NCBI RefSeq assembly: GCF_006345805.1
Contig: NC_043020.1
Coordinates: 5,518,001-5,582,000, forward strand
DNA from: Octopus sinensis
Lineage: Eukaryota
Length of the DNA: 64,000 bases
Direction of reading: 5' to 3'
The translations under genes were made by a program, and so were the position numbers. Below, piece after piece: positions 1 through 12,370 of the stretch (positions are counted from its first letter, which is position 1; each line of letters opens with the position of its first letter). Under the pieces are notes generated by a model, which did not search any database, was not told the DNA's origin, and saw nothing but the letters and a program-made list of their open reading frames with translations.

Positions 1-366
1 TATTTAAAGTAATTGAAAGAAACACAGAGCATCTCAACAGAAATATGGTAACGAAAGGGTTAATTAACATGAAATTTTGATAAAAGGTTGTTATTTAGAT
101 CACCTTAAAATAGGAAGTTTGTATGATTGACCCAAGGGGTGACCTCAGTTGGTTTTATATCAGAAGTGTTAACACCTGTCATTTACCTTCCCTTCCTATT
201 GCAGGATCTTATCACCAGTCATTCCCTCTAAATACATCAATTGATAACTTTTACTAAATAAACTTCCTCAAATCACATACCACCATTTAACCCCCTCCCC
301 CCTTTTTTAGTGTGATATTTCTGTCCAAATAAACTGTATTGGTTTTGATTAATTTTGAATGATAAG

Positions 367-798
367 AGTAGGGGTGGCTGTGTGGTAAGTAGATTGCTTA
401 CAAACCACATGGCTACAATAGTATCGGGCGAACCAAATCCTTGTGAGTGGATTTGGTCAACGTAAACTGAAAGAAGCTCGTCGTCATATATATGTATCAA
501 TATATATATATATATGTGTGTGTGTGTGTATCTGCGTTTGTACCCCAACATCGCTTGACAACCGATGCTGCAAACACACCAATCTCGGTTGTCAAGCGAT
601 GGTGGGGGGACAAACACAGACACACATACACATATACGACGGGCTTCTTTCAGTTTCCATCTACCAAATTCACTCACAAGGCTTTGGTTGGCCCGAAGCC
701 TTAGTAGAAGACACTTGCCCTAGGTGCCACACAGTGGGACTGAACCCGATACCATGCGGTTGGTAAGCAAGCTACTTACCACACGGCCACTCCTATGC
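367..798. mobile_element. Two truncated family A SINEs joined tail-to-tail
   Basis: Plus copy 367-571 and minus copy 572-798 meet at GACAACCGATG..CTCGGTTGTC. Confidence 0.8.
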
Positions 799-935
799 AT
801 ACAATACGTTATCCTTGTTTCACTTAGTTTTGAAAATATTGAAAATTTATGGATACAATTTTGTCATTGTGAAACCAATGTTTGTAAGGTAAAATTAACA
901 TGAAATTTTTATGCAAGGTTATAATTTAGATTATT

Positions 936-1151
936 TTAACCTCCTAGCATTTAAACTGGCCATATCTGACCTAATTTTATGTTCAAAGTGGCCACATCTG
1001 ACCTCTCGTACTAACCATACAATGTCATTCTAAAACTCCACAATCACCTCATCTAAATCCCAAGGCTATGAGATAATGCATGATAAATTCAAAACAATGT
1101 AAATAAACAACCATTACATTTGACAGAGTAATCTAAATATTAAAGGGTTAA
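936..1151. mobile_element. piggyBac-type MITE family E
   Basis: TTAA-CCTCCTAGCATT...TATTAAAGGG-TTAA; similar to the 16174 copy. Confidence 0.7.
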
Positions 1152-1583
1152 AACAAAAAGTTAGTATCCTACAATCAGGGGCCATATCAGACTGTTTGGT
1201 GTCAAAAGGGTTTAAGCCCCCTATATCCCATCCCATCTATTACTTTTCATTCCCCGTTTAAAATTTTTCTTTTTCTTAAAACAAGGTGATTTTAAGTAGA
1301 TAAGGTCTGGGGTCTTAACTGCTTAAGTGTGATAATTGCTGGAGCGGGGCAGAGGAAATAACAGGGCTTTGCGTTCGTATCCGGCCGGTGAACCGGAGTT
1401 TGTGTTTTCTGTGACTTAAACACTGACAGTGAAATATTTTCACATCTAGAAACTTTCCGGTATGATTTGAAGAAGAACTGGCTGCTCTTTCTAGCAAGTC
1501 GAGGTAGAGTATGGTTCTGGTTATTCGATTGTGGGGGGGGGGGGCAGAGTGTGACAGTATTGTAGTTGTACATTGTGCACCGT

Positions 1584-1890
1584 GGAGGCACAATGGCCCT
1601 GTGGTTAGGGCAGCGGACTCGTGGTCGGAGGATCGCGGTTTCGATTCCCAGACGGGCATTGTGTGTGTTTATTGAGCGAAAACACCCAAAGCTCCACGAG
1701 GCTCTGGAAGGGGATAGTGGCGACCCCTGTTGTATTCTTTCGCCCCAACTTTCTCTCACTCTTTCTTCCTGTTTCCTTAGTAACGCTGTGATGGACTGGT
1801 GTCCCGTCCATCTAGGGGGAACACATACGCCATAGAAACCAGGAAACTGGGCCCATGAGCCTAGCTAGGCTTGAAAAGGGCGCATAAATA
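1584..1890 (+). mobile_element. Family D tRNA-derived SINE, tail type 1
   Basis: GGAGGCACAATGGCCCTGTGGTTAGGGCAGCGGACTCG...GGTTTCGATTCCC head; CTTTCGCC.CAACTTTCTCTCACTCTTTC body. Confidence 0.8.
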
Positions 1891-2810
1891 CAAAAAAAGC
1901 ATTGTGCACCACAGCAGAAGTAATCAAGATGGACTTAGCATCACATTTACCACTTTGCTGCTCTTATGTATTTGTTGGAGTGGCTACAACTGAGGAGAAT
2001 TTCATGTGGTGGTTTATTATAGATGTGACTGTGTGGTAAGAAGCTTATTCCCAACTACAGGGTCCCAGGTTCAGTTCCACTGTGTGACACATTGGGCCAG
2101 TGTTTTCTACTATAGCTTAGGGGGCGAACCAAAGCGTTGTTAGTGGATTTTGTAGATGGAAAACGAAAGAAGCCCATTGTATGTGTGTGTGTGCATGTCT
2201 TTGCATCTGTGTGTCTTTGTGTTTTAACAACTGGTGTAGGTTTGTTTACCTCCCTGTAACTTAGTGGTTCAGCAAAAGAGACCGATAGAGTGCGTACCAG
2301 GTTTTAAAACCAAAAAAAAAATTTGTAATGGGGTGAATTAGTCGAACTAAAAATTCTTCGAGGTATGCCCCAGCATGGCCACAGTTTAATGGCTGAAGCA
2401 AATAAAAAGGAAGAAATGAGTTGGTCCTCGTTGGCTGTCCACAAGTTAGGAAGGCATTGGTTGTAGGCAACGACCAGGCTGCAGTTCAGGTTTCTTAATA
2501 TTTAATTAACCTGCGTCGTTATATTTACAAATGTACGCTCAATAAATAAATTAATGGATCGATAGTCAACGAACATGGTGGTAACGAATCTTGTGTATAC
2601 AACTCGCTCGCTAATGAAATGAAGGTGATGCGAGAAAATTAATCACTGCAGATAATTAATACATGTTCTTGGACACAACAAGGAAAGGTTAGTGTCCTTT
2701 GTCGATTGTGATATAAAAGCACGTTGCTTAACCTCGTTACATACACATTTTTTTTTTCCAATTTCCATGCAAAGAATATATTTTTTTTATTATTATTTTT
2801 GTTTTTTATT

Positions 2811-3197
2811 CTTTTACTTGTTTCAGTCATTTGATTGCAGCCATGCTGGAGCACTGCCTTTTAGTCGAACAAATCAACACCCCAGGACTTACTCTTTGTA
2901 AGCCTGGTACTTATTCTATCGGTCACTTTTGCCGAACTGCTATGTTACGGGGACGTAAACACACCAGCATCAGTTGTCAAGCGATGTTCAGGGGACAAAC
3001 ACAGACCCACAAACATATACACACACACATACATATATACGACGGGCTTCTTTCAGTTTCCGTCTACCAGATCCACTCACAAGGCTTTGGTCAGCCCGAG
3101 GCTATAGTAGAAGACACTTGCCCAAGGTGCCACGCAGTGGGACTGAACCCAAAACCATGTGGTTCATAAGCAAGCTACTTACCACACAGCCACTCCT
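2811..3197 (-). mobile_element. Family A SINE (tRNA head, CORE-like ACCTTGGGCAAGT, internal microsatellite)
   Basis: Dozens of dispersed copies share GGCTGTGTGGTAAG...GGTTCAGTCCC...GAAGCCCGTCG-(TA)n(TG)n-...CAAATGACTGAAACAAGTAAAAGAG. Confidence 0.9.
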
Positions 3198-3226
3198 ACA
3201 CCTACAAAGAATTAAGAAACTGAATT

Positions 3227-3298
3227 AGGTTCTACTGAGATTCGAACTCAGATCGCTGGATTCAGAGTCCAGAGTGCTAACCATTACACCACAGAAGC
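3227..3298 (-). tRNA. tRNA-Gln(CTG) gene or recent pseudogene
   Basis: Minus strand GCTTCTGTGGTGTAATGGTTAGCACTCTGGACTCTGAATCCAGCGATCTGAGTTCGAATCTCAGTAGAACCT (72 nt) closely resembles metazoan tRNA-Gln-CTG. D, anticodon and T arms pair; C2:C71 acceptor-stem mismatch; no clear T4 terminator. Confidence 0.65.
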
Positions 3299-3671
3299 CC
3301 ATAATATATATATGTATATGTATGATGGTCTTCTCTCAGTTTCTGTCTACCAAATCTATTCAAAAGGTTTTGGTCAGCCCAAGACTAGTAGAAGACACTT
3401 GCCCAAAGCGCCATGCAATGGGACTGAACCCAGAACCATGTGGTTGGGAAGCAAGCTTCTTACCCCACAGTCACACTGCACCTATTTTGAATCTGTATAA
3501 AGAAGACAAAGTACACAAATTATTTTGGATCAGTTTTGATTTATGATGAAGTCACTGATGGAAATGATCGTTACAGATCGTTAGTGACAGAAAACAGGAA
3601 TAACATCATTAACGAAGTATTCCGGGTTAGAAATTAGTGACAGATACTTCAGAGGATAATGAACTCTCTCT

Positions 3672-4082
3672 CTTTTACTCTTTTACTTGTTTCAGTCATT
3701 TGACTGCGGCCATGCTGGAGCACCACATTTAGTCGAGCAACTCGACCCCGGGACTTATTCTTTTTGTAAGCCCAGTACTTATTCTATTGGTATCTTTTTG
3801 CCAAACCGCTAAGTGGCGGAGATGTAAACACATCGTAAAAAGCATCGGTTGTCAAGCAATGCTAGGGGAACAAACACAGACACACAAACATATTCACACA
3901 CACTTATATATATATACATATATACGACAGGCTTATTTCAGTTTCCGTCCACCAAATCCACTCAAGGCATTGGTCGGCCCGGGCCTATAGCAGAAGACAC
4001 TTGCCCAAGATGCCACGCAATGGGATTGAACCCGGAACCATGTGGTTGGTTAGCAAGCTACTTACCACACAGCCACTCCTGC
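3672..4082 (-). mobile_element. Family A SINE, full length
   Basis: Matches the family consensus seen across the window. Confidence 0.9.
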
Positions 4083-4218
4083 GCCTTTATTTTATTTCAG
4101 ATATATATTTACTAGACATCTCCGAACGAAAATATCTGGGATAATATGTTGAGAGGTTAAAAGTGAAAGAGAGGAGAAAGGGAACTTGCTGGAACAAGCA
4201 ACATAGGTTCCCCGAGTT

Positions 4219-4429
4219 CAGTGTTTCTGAACCGGGGTCTTTATGACCCTTGGAGATCCATGTAACTTTCTGTGGTTATACTTCTACAATATGCAAAATA
4301 TTATATCAATTTTTTTAATACAATCCCTAATAATAGTTAATTATAAAATTGCAAATGGCTATGGGAGTCCAGTAAGGGTAAAATAGGAATCGAAGGGGTC
4401 TCTAGGTAAGGAATAGTTTAGAAACACTG
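4219..4429. mobile_element. hAT-type MITE
   Basis: TIR CAGTGTTTCTGAAC / GTTTAGAAACACTG. Confidence 0.65.
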
Positions 4430-5009
4430 CCTAAGGTGGTGTAGCAGCTCTCTAGTTAGGGTTGAATTTGCCAGTCTTTATATAACTGTCAGCCATCCTT
4501 CTAGAATTTTCAGCCAAATTGTTTGGGCAGAAAACTTGCATATTTCTTTTGAAGATTGTCACCATAGTAACTCAACCAGGATTGATTTTATTATTCATTA
4601 ATTAATTCCTTTGACTCCATGTTGAGTATAGAGTGCCAGTTCCCTCATGTATCCTGAATTTCAGTTTCTATGCACCATCTCCATGTTTTTTTTTTGGGGG
4701 AGCCGGGGGGCTGCCATGCTTGTATATCCCTTGGGGTCTCCACCAGAGGGCTTGCTTTGTAATTTTGTAATGTTGGAAACAGATTTCCTTACTAAGTTTG
4801 CTAATAATGATTAAAATAACACTTTCTAACTTCAGCACAACGCCGGCAATTTTAGTTGGAGTGGTTTGCTTGATTATATCAATCCCAGAATTAAAGTCTG
4901 GTGCTTATTCTATTAGGCTGTTTATGTCATAGGGACATAAACAAACCAACACTAGTTATGCTTTTGATGGAAATAAAGACACACACATGCATATATACAC
5001 ATATAGATA

Positions 5010-5285
5010 ATGCCGCTCTGGCTGGCTTCCGTGCCGGTGGCACATAAAAAGCACCATCTGATCGTGGTCGATGCCAGCTCCTCTGGCCCGTGTGCCAGTG
5101 GCACGTAAAAAGTACCCACTATACTCTCGGAGTGGTTGGCATTAGGAAGGGCATCCAGCTGTAGAAACACTGCCAGATCAGATTGGAGCTTGGTGCAGCC
5201 TCCTGGCTTCCCAGATCCCAGTTGAACCGTCCAACCCATGCCAGCTTGGAAAACCGATGTTAAATGATAATGATGATGATGATAG
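5010..5285 (+). mobile_element. Family C repeat with RTE-type tail ending (GAT)n
   Basis: GGCACGTAAAAAGCACCCAC...TTAGGAAGGGCATCCAGCTGTAGAAAC...AACCCATGCCAGC..GGAAA...GTTAAATGATGATG; related copies near 9080-9545, 13310-13420, 28625-28920, 36590-36720, 47690-47900 and 56790-57050. Confidence 0.8.
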
Positions 5286-6099
5286 TTAGATTGATAGATA
5301 TAGATATATACTATTATGAGTGGTATCCAGGCTACAGTGGTGAAGGTAAGCCACTGGATTTGTTTAAAAAGGGACAATGAGCAATAAATAGCAAGAGGAA
5401 TATTGAACAAAACCTAGTAACCAGTTGATCTAGCAAGCAGGATCTCATCTCAATGAGGGCCCAGTGCATCAATAATGCCATCAAGAGGGAGGCCCTGAAA
5501 CAGTACACATTCTCTACTGATGGCCCCATTACTTGCTAGTATCCGGTATGTGAAGCTTCCAACTGGTTTGTAAAAATCAAAAAGAAATACACACACATAT
5601 ATACATATAGGCTTCCACACAGTTTCCATTTACCAAATTCACTCAAAGAGTTGGTCGACCTGAGGCTGTATAGTAGAAGACACTTGACCAAGATGCCACG
5701 CGGGGGGGATTGAACCCAAGGCCACATGGTTGCAAACAAAGCAAGCTTTGTGACCACACAACCATGCCTGTGCCTTTTTTTTTTTTTTTTACAGAGAGGG
5801 TATGGTAGGGTTGTCGCTAGGAATGAACTCCTGGCAAGCCAGACCCCAACTAGAGACAAAAGTGATGTTCTTGTCTATGGGGTCACCCCCTCTACTTCTA
5901 ACAACAATGGCAGAAGTAGCAGGAGCAGCAGTAGCAGCAGACTTCCTTACACAAGCAAATCACCCATCCCTCATTACTTAAAACAAATAAAACGATTAAT
6001 ACAAAACAAACGAAAATGAATACATTAGGAAAGTCAATTATTAGTAATGGTTGTTGGCTGTTGTTAATGGTGGTGGTAATGGTGATGGGGGTGGTATTG

Positions 6100-6530
6100 A
6101 TGGTCATCTCAGAGAAGAGTGGTGGTGGTGGTGGTGGTAGTAGTGATGGTGTTGGTGATGGTAGTTGATGATAGTAGTAGTAGCAGCGGTAACAGCAGTA
6201 GTAGTAGTGGTGGTGCTGGTAACCATACTAAAAGTAGTAGTAGTGTTGGTGCTGGTGGTCCTTGTTTTAGTAGTAGTTGTGGTGGTGGTGGTAGTAGTAG
6301 TAGTTGTGGTAGTAGTAGTTGTAGTGGTGGTGGTGCTGGTAACCATACTAAAAGTAGTAGTAGTGTTGGTGCTGGTGGTCCTTGTCTTAGTAGTAGTTGT
6401 GGTGGTGGTAGTAGTAGTAGTGGTGATGGTCATCCAAGAATGAGTAGTAGTGATGGTGGTGGTGGTGGTCTTGATGGCCACCACCATCGTCATCGTGGTG
6501 GTGGTGGTGGTGTGGGGGTGGATGGTAGTT
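6100..6530. repeat. (GTG/GTA)n low-complexity tract with 120-bp duplication
   Basis: GGTGCTGGTAACCATACTAAAAGTAG at the same line offset near 6211 and 6331. Confidence 0.9.
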
Positions 6531-6714
6531 GAAGACACACCAAGATAAATACGGCTGGCTGCCTCGGTTGTAGTAATTATAAGAATGTAGGTTAGAATTT
6601 GGTAATTATAGTCAATTTATAAGATAATTAGCTGGTGGTGGTGGTGGTGGCAGCGATGGTGGTGCTAGGGTGCTAATAGTATGTGTGGTTCATGTATGTT
6701 TTTCTCCAGCTCTA

Positions 6715-6756
6715 GCCATATATATATATATATATATATCTATATATATATATATA

Positions 6757-6827
<71 letters not shown>

Positions 6828-6854
6828 ATATATGTGTGTGTGTGTGTATATATA

Positions 6855-6885
<31 letters not shown>

Positions 6886-7038
6886 GTGTGTGTGTATATA
6901 TGTGTGTGTGTGTGTATATATGTGTGTGTGTGTATATATATATGTGTGTGTGTGTATATATGTGTGTGTGTGTTGTATATATATATATGTGTGTGTGTGT
7001 ATATATGTATATATATGTATGTATGTACGTATGTATAT

Positions 7039-7069
<31 letters not shown>

Positions 7070-7192
7070 CATAATATATATATATACATATACACATATA
7101 TATATATATATATACATATATATATGCATATATATATATACATATATATATATACATATACACATATATACATACATATATATATATATACA

Positions 7193-7245
<53 letters not shown>

Positions 7246-7300
7246 ATATATATATATATATTATACATATATATATATATATGTATGTATATGTGGGTGT
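6715..7300. repeat. Compound (TG)n/(TA)n microsatellite
   Basis: Direct reading; similar tracts at 14170-14430, 17085-17520, 18705-19080, 39130-40210, 41590-42200 and 42450-42835. Confidence 0.95.
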
Positions 7301-7643
7301 ATACAATGTGCCTTCTGTACTCTTTCCTGTCTGTCTATTACTGTCTGGTGTAATAATAATAATAATGATAATAATAACTGATAATAATAGGCAGTAAGAG
7401 TATCCAGTATCAGAACAAAACCACTAAAAGTTGGTCGGCTTTTTGGTGGGAAGTGTACAATAAGGTTAAAGCGAGGTTGCCAGACTGGCACCCACCAGGC
7501 CTTGCATCTCCCCCCCCCCCCCCACTGTTAATATTAGTGAAAAAAATTTCCCTTTGCTCACCCTCCGCTCCTTTATTAATGAGAAGAACAAAATAATTTT
7601 GCATCCATATAACTCCTCTTCTTTCTTTTTCCTTTTTATTTTT

Positions 7644-8043
7644 TACTGGCAGTATCGCCCGGCGTTGCTCGGGTTTGTAAGGGAAATAACTATATAAGCA
7701 TTTTTAGAGAGATATAACCAAAAAAATAGCAAAAATATGCATTAAAAATGGGGAAAAAATTATGGTAAATTTTTTTTAAATCGTTGACTCATCGTAGACA
7801 TTTTTAGAGAGTTACTTCCCTTATATAATAGCGAAAAAATGCATTAAAATGGAAAAAAATGATGGTAAATTTTTTTTAAATGTAAGACTCATCGTAGACG
7901 CGCGCTAATACCCTGAAAGGCTCGATATGAATCACGACTATAAGATACCCGGTTTTGGTTAAACTGCACCGCAAAATGTGGGAATAGTTAGGAATCTAAA
8001 TCGTAGGAGACAGACACACAACCTTACTTTTATATATAAAGAT
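7644..8043 (+). mobile_element. Helentron-type non-autonomous element (HINE/DINE-like)
   Basis: Starts TACT(G/A)GCAGTATCGCCCGGCGTTGCTCGGG (5' hairpin), ends ACTTTTATATATAAAGAT; second copy at 24902. Confidence 0.65.
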
Positions 8044-8210
8044 TTATTATTTTTTTCCCCATTTTTTTGTGGTTTGGGATAAATTTCAAAAACAAATGTT
8101 TTCCCCCTTTTCTTGCTATATTCCTGTTAAAATATGCTGCCCTTGTTTCAATTTATTTGGAAAATAATAAAAAAAAATTTAGTAAAATAACTTTATTATT
8201 AAGCTGGTGT

Positions 8211-8600
8211 AAGGCAACAAGCTGGCAGAATCGTTAGCACGCCGGGCGAAATGCTTAGCGGTATTTCGTCTGTCACTACGTTCTGAGTTCAAATTCCACC
8301 GAGGTTGACTTTGCCTTTCATCCTTTCAGGATCAATAAATTAAGTACCAGTTATGCACTGGGGTCGATATAATCGACTTAATCTGTTTGTTTGTCCTCTC
8401 TGTGTTTAGCCCCTTGTGGGTAGTACAGAAATAGGTATTTCGTCTGTCTTTACGTTCTGAGTTCAAATTCCGCCAAGGTCGACTTCGCCTTTCATCCTTT
8501 TGGGATCGATAAAGTAAGTACCAGTTGCGTACTGGGGTCGATGTAATTAACTTAACTCCTCCCTCCAAATTTCAGGCCTAGTACTTCTAGTAGAAAGTAT
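8211..8600 (+). mobile_element. Family B SINE (Deu/Nin-like central domain), internally duplicated
   Basis: GCTGGCAGAATCGTTAGCACGCCGGG head; GAGTTCAAATTCC B box and GTCGACTTTGCCTTTCATCCTTTCGGGGTCGATAAA.TAAGTACC domain each present twice. Confidence 0.85.
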
Positions 8601-11327
8601 CATTAAGTTTATGTTTGGGACATAAATTAACTTGAAATTTTAATAAAAAGTGTGAATTTGGATCATTTTAACCCTTTTGTTACCATATTTCTGTTGAAAT
8701 ACCCTAATTTTATTTCAATTTATTTTGAAAAGAATGAAGAATTTAATACGATAACTTTGTCTCTATTGAGCTGGTGTTTAGGGCAGACATAAATTAAAAT
8801 GAAATTTTGATGGAAAGTGCTATATGTGTCAATCATGTGGCTGTGGTCATTTCGAAAGTAACAAAAAATTTAGTAAAATAATTTTTGTCGCTACGAAGCT
8901 GATATTTGGAACATAAATTGTCGTGAAATTTTGGTCGAAAGTGTAGTGTTAATTTAAGCATATTAACCCTTCGCTGAACTTTTCAGGCAAGATAATGAAG
9001 GACCGAGATGTTTGGCACCTTGCTGTACTCCAGAAGGCTCGTACTCTGCAGCAGATGTGTTAAGAGTGGCCCTTCTAGTGGAGTAAAGCACTTGTGGTGG
9101 CACCACGTAAAAATACCCATGTGGTGTCACATGAAAGCACCTGTGTGGAACCACATGAAACTGCCCATGTAGTGTGGCATAAAAGCACCCAGCACGCTCT
9201 GTAAAGTGGTTGGCATTAGGAAGGGCATCCATGCCAAATCAGACTGGGGCCTGGTGCAGCTCCCCATAGTCAAACCACCCAACCCATGCCAGCATAGACA
9301 ACGGATGTTAAGTGCCCTCTCCCCTCTCAAAAATCCCTTGTCTTGCAAGTTACTCGGTGACCCTGCTGGTGCTAGCTAGCGCTGCATAAAAAAAGCATCC
9401 AGTCCACACTGTGGGGTGGTTGGCATTTGGAAGGGCATCCAGCTGTAAGAACCGTGCCAAAACTGACCTCACCTGTACTGGTGCCGCATAAAATGCACTC
9501 CGTCCACTCTGTGGGGTCGCTGGTGTTAGGAAGGGCATCCAGCCATAAAAACTATGCTAAATCTACTCACAAGGCTTTGATCAGCCCAAGACTAATAGAA
9601 GACACTTGCCCAAGGTGCCATGCCATGGGACTGAACCTGGAACCATGTGGTTGGGAAGTAAGCCTCTTACCACACAGCCATGCCGGTCCCTATGTGACAG
9701 GCTTCTTTCAGTTTCCGTCAACCAAATCCACTCACAAGGCTCTGGTCGGACTGAAGCTATAGCAAAAAACACTTGTTCATGGTCACACAAAGTGGGACTG
9801 AACCCAAGACCATGTAGTTTGGAACCAAACTTCTTACCACACAACCACCCTTAAGGGAGCCTATAAAAAAAGGGTCCCTTACGCTGTAATAATGCATATA
9901 TTTTTTAATGCAATTTTTACATAGCTACATACATTTTTTTAAAGAAGGTTTACAGTTAGATGCAGCCAAGGCTACGTAGTTTTATGAAGTGCATTTTTCC
10001 AACCTCGCTCTCTGGTCTTTCACTCTTTTATTACCCTCTTTTTCTCTCTCTCCCCTATTAATGTTTCCTTCTCTCTCTCTCTCTCTCTCTTTCTCTCCTT
10101 TTCTTTTTTCTTCTCACAGTATGGCGTGTAAGCTTAATGCTGTGGTGTATGTGTTTGTGTGTGTGTCTGTGCGTGTGTGTGGAGTTCAACTTAGACTTCA
10201 GGACAATGGTAACACCTTCCCCCCACCCGTCTCCCAGATCAGAAAAGATGACATCTTTCACCAACATCAAGGGCCAACGAAACCAAAGCTTTGACCCCCC
10301 CACCACCACCACCACCATCACCACTACCATCCCTTCTTCCCAACCTCTTTTGTCATTATTATTATTATTATTATCATCATCATCATAATCATCATTGTCG
10401 TCATCATCATTATTATTATTATTCCCCTTCAAAAGTTATGTCTTTCCCACGTTTGCGGTGGCGGTAAGAGAAACGAGTGACATTTCCGTGTGTCCACAAC
10501 CGCCGTTTCGTCATCGTCGCCGCCAGCATTAAACCCACAAGATGAAGAAGGAACAGCGAGGAGAGCATTGCGGAAAGAAAGGAGTGGAGGAGGCGGCGGC
10601 GGATGAGCCGGGAGGGACAGATTAGGTATTGTTCTGTCCGGTGGGGGGGGAGGTGTGTGTATTGGTGATAATAGTGATAGTAGTAGTTAGAAGTGGTGGT
10701 GGTGGTGGTAGTAGTAGTAGTAGTAGCAGCAGTAGTAGTGGTGGTAGTGGTTAAGTGGTGTGGGTTATTTATTGAGTTGGAGACGAATATAATTACGATA
10801 AGGAAAGGATTAGCCAAGGTAGATAACTCTACATTAACTGAAGGACTCCCACATAGACACCCCCCCTCTCTCTCTCTGATGAAGGAGGAACAAACACATA
10901 CATACATACATATATATGACAGGCTTCTTTCAGTTTCCGTCTACCAAACCCACTCACAAGGCTTTGGTCGTCTGGATGCCATAGTAGAAGACACTTGCCC
11001 AAGGTGCCATGCAGTGGGACTGAACCTGCAATCTTGTTGTTGGGAAGCAACCTTCTTAACCACACAACCACGCATCGATACACCAAATTTTAAAATTTTC
11101 ACTTAACTTTAGAATTTCCAAATTTTGGATGCAACCAAACACAAAAGATCCCATTATCCAATCTCTCTTTCTCTCTCTCTCTCTCTCTCACCTCATTTTT
11201 GAAACTGATAGTGTGTGTGTGAGTGAGAGAGAGATTTGGGGGATGATTTCGATGCAGTTTCTAGCAAATTGAGTGACCACGTAAAAGAACTCCTTCCACA
11301 TTGGAAGCGGCGGCAGAGGTGGTCGTG

Positions 11328-11543
11328 GTATTGGTGGAGGGTAGTAGGATCGGAGGTGGGGAGGTAGAAGTGGTGGTGGTGGTATTGGTGGAGGGTAGTA
11401 GGATCGGAGGTGGGGAGGTAGAAGTGGTGGTGGTGGTATTGGTGGAGGGTAGTAGGATCGGAGGTGGGGAGGTAGAAGTGGTGGTGGTGGTATTGGTGGA
11501 GGGTAGTAGGATCGGAGGTGGGGAGGTAGAAGTGGTGGTGGTG
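11328..11543. repeat. 54-bp G-rich minisatellite, 4 copies
   Basis: Units start at 11328, 11382, 11436 and 11490 and are identical by eye. Confidence 0.95.
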
Positions 11544-11567
11544 GTGGTGGTAGTAGTAGCAGGAGAG

Positions 11568-11780
11568 GGCGAGCTGGCAGAATTGTTAGCACGCCGGACG
11601 AAATGCTTAGAGGTATTTTGACCGTCTTTACGTTCTGGGTTCAAATCCCGCCCAGGTTGACTTTGCCTTTCATCCTTTCGGGGGTCGTTAAATTAAGTAC
11701 CAGTGAAACACTGGGGTCGATGTAATCAACTAGTCCCCTCCCCCACAAATTTGGGGCCTTGTGCCTACAAGTAGAAAGGA
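11568..11780 (+). mobile_element. Family B SINE, monomer
   Basis: Head, single central domain and CCCCTCCCCC..AAATT..GGCCTTGTG tail. Confidence 0.85.
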
Positions 11781-12370
11781 GGAGGTGGTAGTGGTGCTGA
11801 TGTCACTGTTAGTGCAACAGGACAGAAAGGAGTCTTTGAGGTGGTGGGGTGTGAGAAGAAGCAGAAGGGGTGATGGGGGGGGGGGGAAGTTGGAGTCCCT
11901 GGGCGGGGGGGAGGGCTGATTCAATGAACACAGGTCAAAGGTTAGCTAGTGTAATTTAGCCGTGCCTGTTTTCAAATCGTTGCAGTAATTAGCGTAGTAA
12001 TAAAGCTGTAATTAACGGCATTGGCAGTGTGATAAGGGGTGATAGACAGTTCAAATGCGCCTCATTAAAATGTTTTCGAGGACCATTGTGAGAAGAGTAA
12101 TTTGTGTTTGGTGTGAGGAGGAGAGGAGGAGGAGGTGGCGGTTGTGTGTGTGTGTGTGTGTGTGTGGGTTTGGTTATACAAACAGGAAAAGCAAGAATTC
12201 CAAACATGAGTAAATGTATGTGTGTGTAGTTTTTTTTTTTTTATATTTTGATAAATGTTGTGAATGAAGCTCTCTGGGATGAGGCGGCGAGGGTGGAGTG
12301 CTTGAATCACTTAGCTCCTGGCGATTAAAAGCTAATCTTTATAAGCTCATACACACATAGGCGTAGGCGT

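Noticed and set aside
273-766. Recurrent ORFs such as IHSQGFGRPEAIVEDTCPRCHAVGLNPEPCG
   Set aside because: Translations of family A SINE sequence, seen in dozens of copies; not a protein family.
2410-2640. Protein-like minus-strand frame (ERVVYTRF...NCSLVVAYNQCLPNLW)
   Set aside because: Interrupted by an in-frame TAA, no convincing splice-site pair and no recognisable homology.
6670-7491. Long ORFs (up to 238 aa) of YI/CV/HT repeats, also at 14.1, 17.0, 18.7 and 39-43 kb
   Set aside because: Translations of dinucleotide microsatellites that lack stop codons; no coding complexity.
11328-11543. CRISPR-like array
   Set aside because: Eukaryotic DNA; the tandem units have no unique spacers.
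11188-11644. Extensin-like Pro-rich ORFs
   Set aside because: Product of the 54-bp minisatellite, flanked by SINE sequence.
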